Shown here in pieces: positions 29,197 through 38,724 of a DNA stretch of 64,000 nucleotides. This DNA comes from Candidatus Omnitrophota bacterium (GTDB lineage Bacteria > Omnitrophota > Gorgyraeia > Gygaellales > Profunditerraquicolaceae), in the NCBI GenBank assembly GCA_028716965.1, contig JAQUOV010000004.1:76298-140297 (forward strand). The letters are read 5' to 3'. Position 1 is the stretch's first letter, and each line of letters starts with the position of its first letter. The notes beneath the pieces were generated by a model that did not search any database, was not told the origin of the DNA, and saw only the letters and a program-made list of their open reading frames with translations. A program made the translations under genes and the position numbers.

Positions 29197-30066
29197 ATGA
29201 CATTCAAAGAAAAAATACTGGCGGGGAAATTCCTGCTTACTTCAGAGGTTGGCCCGGCCAAAGGCATACATACGGACCATCTGCTTGCCGAGGCAGAGCT
29301 TTTTCTATCAAAGGCGGACGCGATAAATGTTACTGACCTGCAGAGTTCGGTTATGCGCCTGGGTTCTCTTGCCGTCAGCTGCCTGCTTAAGCAAAAAGGT
29401 TTTGAGCCGATTTACCAGCTGACCTGCCGTGACCGCAACCGCCTGGCACTGCAATCGGATTTATTATCCGCTGCCGCACTGGGGATTCGGAATGTTTCAA
29501 TTTTGACCGGCGACCATCCGGCCCTGGGCGACCATCCGGAAGCCAAGCCTGTTTTTGATTTGGATTCAGTGCAGTTATTACAGGTAGCAAGAAAGCTTGA
29601 GTCCGGACAGGATATGAAAGAGAATAAGCTTGAAGGTGATGCGCCGAAGTTTTGCCTTGGCGCGGTAGTCAACCCGGGAGCTGACCCTTTAGAGCCGCAG
29701 ATCATGAAGATGGAGAAAAAGATTTCCGCCGGGGCCGAATTCTTTCAGACCCAGGCGGTCTATGATATAAAGGCATTTGAAAACTTTGTTGCCAGGACAA
29801 GGCATTTAAAGGTGCCGGTTATGGCGGGGATCGTTTTATTGAAATCAGCGGGGATGGCCCGTTTTATGAATAAGCATGTAGCCGGGGTATTTGTCCCGGA
29901 TGAACTGATTAAAGAAATGGAAGAAGCCAAAGATAAAGCGGCTGCTTCAATTAAAATTGCCAGCCGGTTGATCAAGGAATTAAAACCCATGTGCCGGGGG
30001 ATCCATATTATGCCTATCGGCTGGAACAAAATCGTGCCGCAGGTTTTAGAGGCATCCGGATTATGA
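29197..30066 (+). CDS. metF: methylenetetrahydrofolate reductase (MetF family, short acetogen/archaeal-like form)
   Basis: FAD-binding TIM-barrel motifs of MetF. Length of 289 aa without a C-terminal regulatory domain. Confidence 0.8.
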   Translation: MTFKEKILAGKFLLTSEVGPAKGIHTDHLLAEAELFLSKADAINVTDLQSSVMRLGSLAVSCLLKQKGFEPIYQLTCRDRNRLALQSDLLSAAALGIRNVSILTGDHPALGDHPEAKPVFDLDSVQLLQVARKLESGQDMKENKLEGDAPKFCLGAVVNPGADPLEPQIMKMEKKISAGAEFFQTQAVYDIKAFENFVARTRHLKVPVMAGIVLLKSAGMARFMNKHVAGVFVPDELIKEMEEAKDKAAASIKIASRLIKELKPMCRGIHIMPIGWNKIVPQVLEASGL

Positions 30067-32630
30067 AGACCTCAAACTTGCCGCAGATACCCGGAGCCAG
30101 GAAAAAGGGGGTAATTTTACTGGCTTCCGAAGATGATTTCAAAAAGCTGGATGAGTATCATATTAACGATACTGTTTGCATTGACGGCCCGCTAAATTTA
30201 GCCTTTAACCTGGCCGAGTCAATCCGCGATAAATATAAAGTCAGGATCAAGGTTGTCAGCCAGGATAACCTTCAAAAAGAGCTGCCGGATGGTATTGAGA
30301 TTATCAGCAGCCCTATCCAGGAGATTGTGGGAGAGGGCAGGGCAGAGGCGGTTAAATTTAAAAACGGGAAAGCCGTGGGCGTATGCCTGGTTTTATTTGT
30401 GGATAAAACAATCCCCGATAAAACGCAGGATTTGAACAAGGGAGAAGATATGTCTGATTTACTTCTGCAGCTTGGGACTAAGGGCACGGAGGCGGTATTG
30501 GGTATTACCCGCCAGGCTTTAGATAAGGCGATTGTCCAAAAAGGCCAGGGTGGAAAGATTGAATTTCCCGAGACAAACTACTATTTGCCTTTGATCAATG
30601 CTTTATTGAATATTGAGGTAAAGACCCTGGGAGACTGCTTGCGCGCGTTTTCTCAGGCAGAGATGCTGGCTAAAGGCCGGGCAACTTCCGGAGGCCTGAT
30701 TATTAACAGCTTAGGCGGGATTTTAAATAAAGGGGTAGCTACTTTAATCTGCGAAGAGATTTTAGCAGCCCTGGCGGTGTTGAATCAGGAGCACCCCAAG
30801 GGCGGCTCGGGTTTTATCCCGGATAAAATCCTAAGGTCATTGGGCCTGCAATTAGTTGATGGCAGGATCAGCGGGATCGCCGTAATCCTCGGCCCGGCCG
30901 GGGATGAACAGAAGGCCGTGGATTTAATCCGTAACTTCCAGTCCAAGAGTATTGTCTGCCTGCTGGCGGGAAATGTGAATGGTGTTACTTTTAAGCAGCA
31001 GCTTGAAAATAAGGGTATTGGGCTGGGCTTAGAGAATTATATTGTTGAACTAGGAGAAGATTATTTGTCCGCCATCTATGCGGTAAACTTTGCCGCGCGC
31101 GCCCCGCTTATTTACGGAGGGTTTAAATCCGGACAATGGGAAGAGGTTGCGGATTATATACGTAAGCGCGTGCCGGCATTTGTCCTGCTGCTTGGCCACG
31201 TTGATGAAGTTATAGTGGCTACCGGCTTAGGCGCCCTTGCTTTTGGCCTGCCTATTATTACGGATTTAGATGTGCCGCAATTGCCTAAAATTGATACGAC
31301 TTTATTTGAGGCTTTAGTTACGGAGAAAGATTACCAAAAACTACCCTCGAAATGCTTGCTTACCCGCGGGATAAAAGTAAAGATGTCCGAGGTGAATGTG
31401 CCTGTGCCGTACGCTGCGGCTTTTGAAGGCGAACGCGTGCGCAGGGAGCAATTAGCTGTTGAGTTTGGAGGAAAGGCCAGCGCAGCCATTGAATTCTTAA
31501 GTATTAAAGATGAGGCCGATGTTCTTGACGGAAACGTAGAATTGACCGGGCCGGATATAGACCAGCTTACCCAGGGGTCAAAATCACTGCCCCTGGCGAT
31601 CGCGGTTGATGTCTTTGGCCGTAAAATGCAAAAAGATTTTGAGCCGATCCTGGAGCGCCAGATACACCGTTTTGTAAACTATGCCATGGGGCTTATGCAT
31701 ATGGGGCAGCGGGATATGGTTTGGATCAGGATCTCCAAAGATGCCTATGCCAAAGGTTTCAGACTTAAACACCTGGGGGTTATACTACATGCTATGCTGC
31801 ATCAGGAGTATAGCGCCATAGTAGATAAAGTGCAGGTCAGGCTTTATACTACCCAGGCGGATGTGGACAGCCTGATTGTTAATGCGCAGAAGGTTTTTGA
31901 TGAACGCGATGAACGGCTTGCCGGCATGACCGATGAAAGCGTGGATACGTTTTACTCATGTTTGTTATGCCAGTCTTTTGCCCCAAACCATATTTGCATT
32001 GTTACCCCTGAACGTTTAGGTTTATGCGGGGCATATTCCTGGCTTGACGCAAAGGCTTCTTTTGAAATCACTCCTACCGGGCCGAACCAGCCGGTTGAGA
32101 AGGGCAATATTTTAGATGCCAGGCTCGGGCAATGGGACAATGTCAATCAATTCGTGAAACAGAAATCAAATAATACTATTGATACGGTAAGCATGTATTC
32201 TTTGATGGAAGGCCCGCAGTCATCCTGCGGATGCTTTGAATGCATTGTGGCTATTGTCCCTGAAGCAAACGGAGTGATGATCGTGCACCGGGATTACTCC
32301 GGGCTTACCCCTTCGGGGATGAGTTTTACCACTTTAGCCGGTTCCGTCGGAGGGGGAGTGCAGACCCCCGGTTTTTTAGGCGTGGGGAAATTATATATCA
32401 CAAGTAAAAAATTTATTTCGGCCGAAGGCGGATTAAAGAGGGTGGTCTGGATGCCTAAAGAACTGAAAGAGATGCTGGCAGAAAGGCTGAAAAAGAGGGC
32501 CGTAGAGATCGGAGAGCCGGATTTGTTGGATAAGATTGCCGATGAAACAGCCGCAGTCAGCTCCGAAGAGCTTTTAACATTTTTAAACAAGGTAGCGCAC
32601 CCGGCATTAAGCATGGAACCGATTATTTGA
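30063..32630 (+). CDS. acsB: acetyl-CoA synthase (CODH/ACS A-cluster subunit, AcsB/CdhC family) with ~129-aa N-terminal extension
   Basis: The YYLPL N-terminal motif, the [4Fe-4S] cysteines CLLCQSF...C...C, and the Ni-binding Cys-Gly-Cys (SSCGCFEC) are all present. In frame, an internal ATG at 30450 with a GGAG RBS would give a canonical ~727-aa AcsB. The ATG at 30063 overlaps the metF stop (ATGA). Confidence 0.8.
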   Translation: MKTSNLPQIPGARKKGVILLASEDDFKKLDEYHINDTVCIDGPLNLAFNLAESIRDKYKVRIKVVSQDNLQKELPDGIEIISSPIQEIVGEGRAEAVKFKNGKAVGVCLVLFVDKTIPDKTQDLNKGEDMSDLLLQLGTKGTEAVLGITRQALDKAIVQKGQGGKIEFPETNYYLPLINALLNIEVKTLGDCLRAFSQAEMLAKGRATSGGLIINSLGGILNKGVATLICEEILAALAVLNQEHPKGGSGFIPDKILRSLGLQLVDGRISGIAVILGPAGDEQKAVDLIRNFQSKSIVCLLAGNVNGVTFKQQLENKGIGLGLENYIVELGEDYLSAIYAVNFAARAPLIYGGFKSGQWEEVADYIRKRVPAFVLLLGHVDEVIVATGLGALAFGLPIITDLDVPQLPKIDTTLFEALVTEKDYQKLPSKCLLTRGIKVKMSEVNVPVPYAAAFEGERVRREQLAVEFGGKASAAIEFLSIKDEADVLDGNVELTGPDIDQLTQGSKSLPLAIAVDVFGRKMQKDFEPILERQIHRFVNYAMGLMHMGQRDMVWIRISKDAYAKGFRLKHLGVILHAMLHQEYSAIVDKVQVRLYTTQADVDSLIVNAQKVFDERDERLAGMTDESVDTFYSCLLCQSFAPNHICIVTPERLGLCGAYSWLDAKASFEITPTGPNQPVEKGNILDARLGQWDNVNQFVKQKSNNTIDTVSMYSLMEGPQSSCGCFECIVAIVPEANGVMIVHRDYSGLTPSGMSFTTLAGSVGGGVQTPGFLGVGKLYITSKKFISAEGGLKRVVWMPKELKEMLAERLKKRAVEIGEPDLLDKIADETAAVSSEELLTFLNKVAHPALSMEPII

Positions 32631-32642
32631 AACAGATATTTC

Positions 32643-32671
32643 TTGACGTGGGCATATTAAGTGTATATAAT
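32643..32671 (+). promoter_or_regulatory. near-consensus sigma70 promoter (TTGACG-17nt-TATAAT) for the TPR protein gene
   Basis: Read directly. The -10 overlaps the GTG start proposed by the ORF track, so the gene more likely starts at 32685. Confidence 0.55.
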
Positions 32672-32684
32672 TAATGCAATAAAA

Positions 32685-33956
32685 ATGGATATCCGTCTCC
32701 TGCCTAAATTAACATTTATTATAATTATTTCAATATGTGTTTCCTGTTTTGGCGGGCTGATTTTTGCCCAGGACGAACTGGATACTCCTGCCGGCAATCA
32801 AGAATCCTTAGGAGAGTTCCCGAGCCAGGCCAGGGAATATCGTGAGGAGGGCCTGCAAAAACAGCGGATGGGTAATTTGGCTGACGCCATGAGTTTATAC
32901 CAGAAAGCCATTGCCATAGACCCCGGTTACGCGGTTGCTTATAATGATTTAGGGGTTATTTACGAAGCAACCGGTTATCCCGATCGTGCAAAAGACAGCT
33001 ATTTCAGGGCGATCAAGGCTGACCCCGGTTATTTAAGCGCCTATACCAATATCGCCCTTCTTTACGAAGAGCAGCGTGATTTGGAGAGGGCGGCTTTCTA
33101 TTGGGCTAAAAGGGCGGAATTAGGTTCTTACGACGATCCCTGGACACAGAAGGCAGCTACCCGCTTCAAGGATATCCGCGCGGTTTTATCAAACAGGCCG
33201 GTTGCTGATGCCATTGAAGAAGATGTGCTGGGGTTAATCAAGGATGTTTCAGCGTATAAAACCGCGTTTAGTAAGGCTGATAAGAAGCAGGCGCAGAACC
33301 GTTTACGCAGGGCCAACCAGTATTATAAGAAAAAGAAATTTACCCCTGCGCTGAAAGAAGCATTTGAAGCCCAGATTTTAGACCGGAATAGCCCCGAGAT
33401 CAATGCCTTTATTGAAAAGATAGATGCAGAGCCCGGAGCAGCCAATGCTTATAAGGACCTGGGGGTTATTTATGAAGCAGCGGGTTTCCCCGAGCGGGCG
33501 GAGGAGAGTTACCTTAAGGCGCTTAAACTTGACCCTACATTATTAGGCGCCTATGTTAACTTAGCGCTTTTTTATGAAAAGCAGCGCAACCTGGAGAAAG
33601 CGGAATTTTACTGGTCAAAACGCGCAGAGTTAGGCCCGGATGATGACTCCTGGAAGAAAAAGGCGTCTGAGCGGGTCAAGGATATCCGGGCGGTTGTATC
33701 CAGCAGCCCGATTACCGATACCCAGGAAGCAGAGGTATTGGGTTTAATCAAAGATGTTTCAGAATATAGATCTTCGCTTGATAGAGATGATAAGGCGCTT
33801 GCCCGTGACCACTTTAATAAAGCCAAACAGAGTTTTGCAAAAGGAGATTTGGCCACGGCGATCAAGGAGGCCTTAGACGCCCAGACTTTTGACCAGGATA
33901 ACCAGGAAATCGAGGCATTTATTGAGAAGGCAGAGTTAAGAGCTTTGTCGCGCTAG
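32685..33956 (+). CDS. secreted TPR-repeat protein with internal ~190-aa tandem duplication
   Basis: Signal peptide; two blocks (AYNDLGVIYEATGYPDRA... / AYKDLGVIYEAAGFPERA...) with about 50% identity. Confidence 0.7.
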   Translation: MDIRLLPKLTFIIIISICVSCFGGLIFAQDELDTPAGNQESLGEFPSQAREYREEGLQKQRMGNLADAMSLYQKAIAIDPGYAVAYNDLGVIYEATGYPDRAKDSYFRAIKADPGYLSAYTNIALLYEEQRDLERAAFYWAKRAELGSYDDPWTQKAATRFKDIRAVLSNRPVADAIEEDVLGLIKDVSAYKTAFSKADKKQAQNRLRRANQYYKKKKFTPALKEAFEAQILDRNSPEINAFIEKIDAEPGAANAYKDLGVIYEAAGFPERAEESYLKALKLDPTLLGAYVNLALFYEKQRNLEKAEFYWSKRAELGPDDDSWKKKASERVKDIRAVVSSSPITDTQEAEVLGLIKDVSEYRSSLDRDDKALARDHFNKAKQSFAKGDLATAIKEALDAQTFDQDNQEIEAFIEKAELRALSR

Positions 33957-33998
33957 AAGCGTACTGCAAGAAACCTTTCCCTATATTGAATTCCTTTT

Positions 33999-34046
33999 AT
34001 ACTTTCGCGGTTAAAAATTGCATTATCTATAGCATAGATGATTTTA
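33999..34046. promoter_or_regulatory. 46-nt near-perfect palindrome upstream of polA
   Basis: gcggttaaaaattgcattatctat-agc-atagatgattttaaccgc; about a 20-bp stem with one mismatch and a 3-nt loop. Confidence 0.35.
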
Positions 34047-34098
34047 ACCGCTCAAGTATTCCGCCCTTGGGAATTTAGGGCAGGCTCCATATTTAGTC

Positions 34099-36660
34099 AT
34101 GGCTGATAAAAATTTATTTTTAGTTGATGCTACCGCATTTTGCTACCGGGCTTTTTATGCCTTAAGCGGTTTGAGCACTTCCTCCGGCCAGCCTACAAAC
34201 GCAATTTACGGGTTCATAAATATCCTGAATAAGATTTTAAAGGAGCAGAAACCGGATTACTTGATCTGCTGTTTTGATGTCTCGCGGGATACCTTTCGCC
34301 TTGAGAAGTTTGCGCAGTACAAAATGCACAGGCCGCCGATGCCCGATGGCTTAAGCAGCCAGATGCCTATAATCAAGGAGGTGATCAGCGCATACGGCAT
34401 TCCGATCTTTGAAAAGAAAGGTTTTGAGGCGGATGATATTATCGCCGAGCTTGCCCGGAAGGCTGAGGCCAAAAAGATGCGCGTTACGATCGTAAGCAGC
34501 GATAAAGATATACTGCAATTAGTAAGCAGCCGCATCTGCGTGTTTAACCCTTATAAGGATAACGGGGTGCTTTACGATACGGAAAAAGTGAAAGAGGTTT
34601 TTGGGGTCAGCCCGAAGATGACCGCCGACATCATCGCGCTGATGGGTGATGACGCGGATAATATCCCGGGAGTCCCCGGTATAGGCGAAAAAACAGCAGG
34701 AAGGCTTATCTCTGAATTTGGTTCTTTGGATAAGCTGATTAAGAATGTTGCAAAAGTTGAGCCGGAAAAGACCAGGGAGGCGATAGCGGAACATCTTGAG
34801 CGTATAAAATTGAATAGAGAGTTGGTCAACCTGGATGAAAAGGTGGGCATGGAGCTGAATTTAAAAAAGCTTGGGCTTGGGACCCCGGATTACAGGCAGC
34901 TGGGCAATATCTTCAAAAGATTAGAGTTTAAGAGCCTGCTTAAAGAGCTTCCCGGCAACCAGGATGACCTGCTTGAGGTTAAATTAGATAACCCCGGCCC
35001 GGCAGAATTAAAAGGCCTGTTGAGAAATGTCAAAGAGATTGCTCTCTATGGCACGAAGGCGGAGGATTTATTCTTGAGCATGGGGGATAAGATATTCAGC
35101 GCTCAACTTCCGGGTAAAGAACTGGAAGAGGCAATGAGCGATGACCGGATAAAGAAGTCCGGGTACGACCTTAAGAAGCTGAAGGTTTCTCTTTTTAAGC
35201 AGGGCCTGATCTTAAACGGCCTTGATTTTGATGTTATGATCGCCGCTTATTTGCTGAACCCATCGCGCTCAAGTTACGCGCTCGTAGATTTGGTACTGGA
35301 AAACCTTGGTGAATTTATCCGCCAGGAGAACCTGGAAGGAAAAAACGCTTTGGCCCTGGTGCTTAAGTTAAAACCGGTGCTCAAGGGGGCTTTGGAAGAA
35401 AAAGGCCTATTGCCTCTTTTTGTTGAACTTGAGATGCCTTTGGTCAGCGTGCTTGCGCAAATGGAGCAGCACGGCATAAAACTGGATTTAAAATTACTTA
35501 AAGGACTCTCACGGGATATTGAAAAGAGGCTGATAAAGCTGATCGCGGATATCTATGAGGCAAGCGGCACGCAATTTAACATTAATTCACCGAAACAACT
35601 GGGCCAGGTTTTGTTTGAGAAGCTGGCTCTGCCGGTAATCAAAAAGACGAAGACCGGGCCTTCTACCGATGAAGAGGTGCTTAAGCGTTTAAGCGGTAAG
35701 CATGTGCTTCCGGCGCTGTTATTGGAGTACCGGCAGTTGACCAAATTAAAGAATACTTATGTCGACGCCCTGCCTAAACTGGTAGATCCTGAAACGGACA
35801 GGGTGCATACGTCTTTTAATCAGACAGGGACTGAAACCGGAAGGCTTAGTTCAAGCAATCCTAATTTACAGAATATTCCGGTTAAGACAGAGATCGGCAG
35901 CAAGATACGTCAGGCGATTATTGCTTCCGGAAAAGATAACTGCCTTTTATCTTGTGATTATTCGCAGATAGAATTAAGGGTGCTGGCTCACCTTTGCGGT
36001 GACAAAACTTTGGTTAAGGCTTTCCATGAAAACCAGGATGTGCACCGTTTGACCGCCTCCTTGATCTATAACATTGCCGAAGAGGATGTCGTTGAGAGCA
36101 TGCGCGAAGTCGCTAAAAGGGTGAACTTCGGCATCATCTACGGCCAGAGCGCTTATGGCTTAAGCAGGGACTTGGGGATTCCGGTTAACCAGGCGCAGGA
36201 TTTTATTGACGCTTATTTTTTACGTTACCCAAAAGTAAGGGATTTTATTGACGCGCAGATCAACAAGGCAAGGAGCGAGGGGTTTGTCACGACACTGATG
36301 GGCAGGAGAAGGTATATTCCGGAGATCAACAGCAAAAATATGGGTATTCGGCAGTTTGCCGAACGGCAGGCGGTAAATACCCCTATTCAAGGTACTGCCA
36401 GTGATTTGATTAAACTGGCAATGGTCAGGATATCCGAAGAGATCAATAACAACAGCTTAAAAAGCAAGATGATCCTGCAGATCCACGATGAGCTGGTTTT
36501 TGAACTGCCGGTAACTGAACTGGGCAGCTTAACCAGGCTGGTAAAAGAAAAAATGGAACAGGTAAAGAAGCTTGATGTGCCGATAAGGATAGATATGAAG
36601 AAAGGTAAGAACTGGCTGGATATGCTTGCCTGTCCGGCAGTCAGGGAGACTATTGAATGA
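34099..36660 (+). CDS. polA: DNA polymerase I
   Basis: 5'-3' exonuclease N-domain; polymerase motifs A (DYSQIELR), B (RRxxKxxNFGxxYG) and C (QIHDE). Confidence 0.93.
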   Translation: MADKNLFLVDATAFCYRAFYALSGLSTSSGQPTNAIYGFINILNKILKEQKPDYLICCFDVSRDTFRLEKFAQYKMHRPPMPDGLSSQMPIIKEVISAYGIPIFEKKGFEADDIIAELARKAEAKKMRVTIVSSDKDILQLVSSRICVFNPYKDNGVLYDTEKVKEVFGVSPKMTADIIALMGDDADNIPGVPGIGEKTAGRLISEFGSLDKLIKNVAKVEPEKTREAIAEHLERIKLNRELVNLDEKVGMELNLKKLGLGTPDYRQLGNIFKRLEFKSLLKELPGNQDDLLEVKLDNPGPAELKGLLRNVKEIALYGTKAEDLFLSMGDKIFSAQLPGKELEEAMSDDRIKKSGYDLKKLKVSLFKQGLILNGLDFDVMIAAYLLNPSRSSYALVDLVLENLGEFIRQENLEGKNALALVLKLKPVLKGALEEKGLLPLFVELEMPLVSVLAQMEQHGIKLDLKLLKGLSRDIEKRLIKLIADIYEASGTQFNINSPKQLGQVLFEKLALPVIKKTKTGPSTDEEVLKRLSGKHVLPALLLEYRQLTKLKNTYVDALPKLVDPETDRVHTSFNQTGTETGRLSSSNPNLQNIPVKTEIGSKIRQAIIASGKDNCLLSCDYSQIELRVLAHLCGDKTLVKAFHENQDVHRLTASLIYNIAEEDVVESMREVAKRVNFGIIYGQSAYGLSRDLGIPVNQAQDFIDAYFLRYPKVRDFIDAQINKARSEGFVTTLMGRRRYIPEINSKNMGIRQFAERQAVNTPIQGTASDLIKLAMVRISEEINNNSLKSKMILQIHDELVFELPVTELGSLTRLVKEKMEQVKKLDVPIRIDMKKGKNWLDMLACPAVRETIE

Positions 36661-38045
36661 AAATAGCCATGTTGGCTTCCGAGGCAGTGCCTTTTGCTAA
36701 GACCGGCGGACTGGCCGATGTGGTGGGTGCTTTGCCTTTAGCTTTAGAGGATCACGGGCAAGAGGTGATTATTATTATGCCCCGCTATAAATGCGTAAAA
36801 GAAAGGAAGTTCAGTGTTTCCAGGGTTTCCAAGGATATTTCCTCCGCGAAGATCGGAAAGGGGATAAAAGTTTATTTTATAGAGAATGATCCGTATTTCA
36901 ACCGTGAAGGACTCTATGTGGACAAGGGCGGGGATTATAAAGATAACCTGGAGAGGTTCGCTTTTTTCTGCCGCCGTTCGCTGGACTTATTCAAGGAGAT
37001 AAATTTTCGCGCCGATATCCTGCATTTACACGATTGGCAGGCATCCCTTGCGGCTGTTTATTTGAAAAACTTATATTCTAAAGACCATTTTTATTCCGGG
37101 ATGAAAAGTATCCTGACTATCCATAATCTCGGCTATCAGGGGCTATTCCCCGGGAGCGAATTTGCAAAACTTGGTTTAGAGAATAGCCTTTTTAGCGTTT
37201 CCGGGCTGGAATTTTATAACCGGGTTAATCTTTTAAAGGGAGGGATAATTTTTTCCGATTTTATCAATACGGTCAGCCCAACTTACGCGAAGGAGATCCA
37301 GACGGAGGAGCTGGGTTTTGGTTTAGGCGGACTCTTGAAACAGCGCAAGGATGTCTTAAGCGGGATAATTAACGGCCTGGACTATTCTGTCTGGGACCCG
37401 GTTATGGATAAGTTTATCGCGCAGAACTATTCTGTCAGAGACATAGAAGATAAAAGCTTGAACAAGGAAGATCTGCAGGCAAGATGCGCTCTTGCCGTAA
37501 ATAAGGATATACCTGTTTTTGGGATTGTTTCGCGCCTGGTGGAGGCAAAAGGTTTTGATATCCTCCTGCGCGGCCTGGAAGAGATAAATAAAATCGGAGC
37601 ACAGCTGGTTATCCTGGGTATGGGAGAGTTGAAATATCATCGGCTGCTTGAGGCGGCGAAGAAAAAATACCCGAAAATGATCTCATTAAATTTGAAATTC
37701 GATGATCCTCTGGCGCATAAGATCTATGCCGGAAGCGATATTTTTTTTATGCTTTCAAAATATGAGCCGTGCGGGCTCGGGCAGCTGATCAGCCTGCGCT
37801 ATGGCTCAATCCCCCTGGTTTTTAAGACCGGCGGCCTGGCGGATACGGTTGATAAGGATAATGGTTTTCTTTTTACCGGCTATACAAAGGCAGAGTTTAT
37901 CAGGGCAGTTGAAAAAGCGACAGTTGCCTTTAAAGACAAGATGAAATGGGCGAGTCTTATAAAAAATGCCATGAAATGCAATTTTTCCTGGGAGGCTTCT
38001 GCCGGTAAATATATCCAGTTATATGAACAAGCAAAAGAAAAATAA
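36657..38045 (+). CDS. glgA: glycogen (starch) synthase
   Basis: N-terminal EAxPFAKTGGLADV motif of GT5 GlgA. Confidence 0.9.
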   Translation: MKIAMLASEAVPFAKTGGLADVVGALPLALEDHGQEVIIIMPRYKCVKERKFSVSRVSKDISSAKIGKGIKVYFIENDPYFNREGLYVDKGGDYKDNLERFAFFCRRSLDLFKEINFRADILHLHDWQASLAAVYLKNLYSKDHFYSGMKSILTIHNLGYQGLFPGSEFAKLGLENSLFSVSGLEFYNRVNLLKGGIIFSDFINTVSPTYAKEIQTEELGFGLGGLLKQRKDVLSGIINGLDYSVWDPVMDKFIAQNYSVRDIEDKSLNKEDLQARCALAVNKDIPVFGIVSRLVEAKGFDILLRGLEEINKIGAQLVILGMGELKYHRLLEAAKKKYPKMISLNLKFDDPLAHKIYAGSDIFFMLSKYEPCGLGQLISLRYGSIPLVFKTGGLADTVDKDNGFLFTGYTKAEFIRAVEKATVAFKDKMKWASLIKNAMKCNFSWEASAGKYIQLYEQAKEK

Positions 38046-38628
38046 GTTAGTTTTAGGGATTACCGGCTGCATGGGGTCCGGAAAGAGCACCGTCGCCGGG
38101 ATGCTGAAAACAAAAGACTGCCAGCTTATTGACGCGGATAAACTGGCGCACGAGTTGCTTGGGGCAGGAAGCGTTGTTTACAAGAGGGTTGTTTCTTCTT
38201 TTGGAGAAGGCGTACTGAAAGACGATAAAACTATTGACCGCTTTAAGTTGGCTAAGGCAGCTTTTGCGGATAAAGCTGCCTTAAACAGGCTTAACGGTAT
38301 TGTCCATAAAGCGCTTATTGCCGAGATTAAACAGCGTGTTAAGAATTCCGGAAAGAAGCTTGTGATCCTGGATGCCGCCCTGATTATTGAAGCAGGGTTA
38401 AGGAAAATGGTTGATAAATTGGTAGTGGTTACTGCCGGGCGCAAAGAGAGGGTTGAGCGCAGCCGGAAAAGGCTGGGTTTAAGTAAAAACGAAATTTCCC
38501 GGAGAATGAAATATCAGATTTCGCAAAACGCAAAATTGCGCCTTGCGGATTTTATAATAGATAACAGCGGAGAAATCAGTAAAACCCGGAAACAGGTTTT
38601 TGAAATAAGGAGGAGTCTTGTTCGCTGA
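38023..38628 (+). CDS. coaE: dephospho-CoA kinase
   Basis: GITGxxGSGKST P-loop and length. Confidence 0.9.
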   Translation: MNKQKKNKLVLGITGCMGSGKSTVAGMLKTKDCQLIDADKLAHELLGAGSVVYKRVVSSFGEGVLKDDKTIDRFKLAKAAFADKAALNRLNGIVHKALIAEIKQRVKNSGKKLVILDAALIIEAGLRKMVDKLVVVTAGRKERVERSRKRLGLSKNEISRRMKYQISQNAKLRLADFIIDNSGEISKTRKQVFEIRRSLVR

Positions 38629-38724
38629 AGTTCAGGAGGCCCTTCCAAATCCGCGCAAGGGTTTCACTGGATAGAAACTTACAGGTGTTCAAATTTTCCC
38701 GGATAAAAACTAAAGGAGGAATTT

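Noticed and set aside
29991-30062. ORF-track start of the acsB frame at 29991
   Set aside because: This start lies inside metF in another frame. The first sensible initiation is the ATG at 30063, which overlaps the metF stop, or the ATG at 30450 with its own RBS.
32661-32684. GTG start proposed for the TPR protein
   Set aside because: It overlaps a near-consensus -10 hexamer (TATAAT 32666-32671). The downstream ATG at 32685 begins a typical signal peptide.
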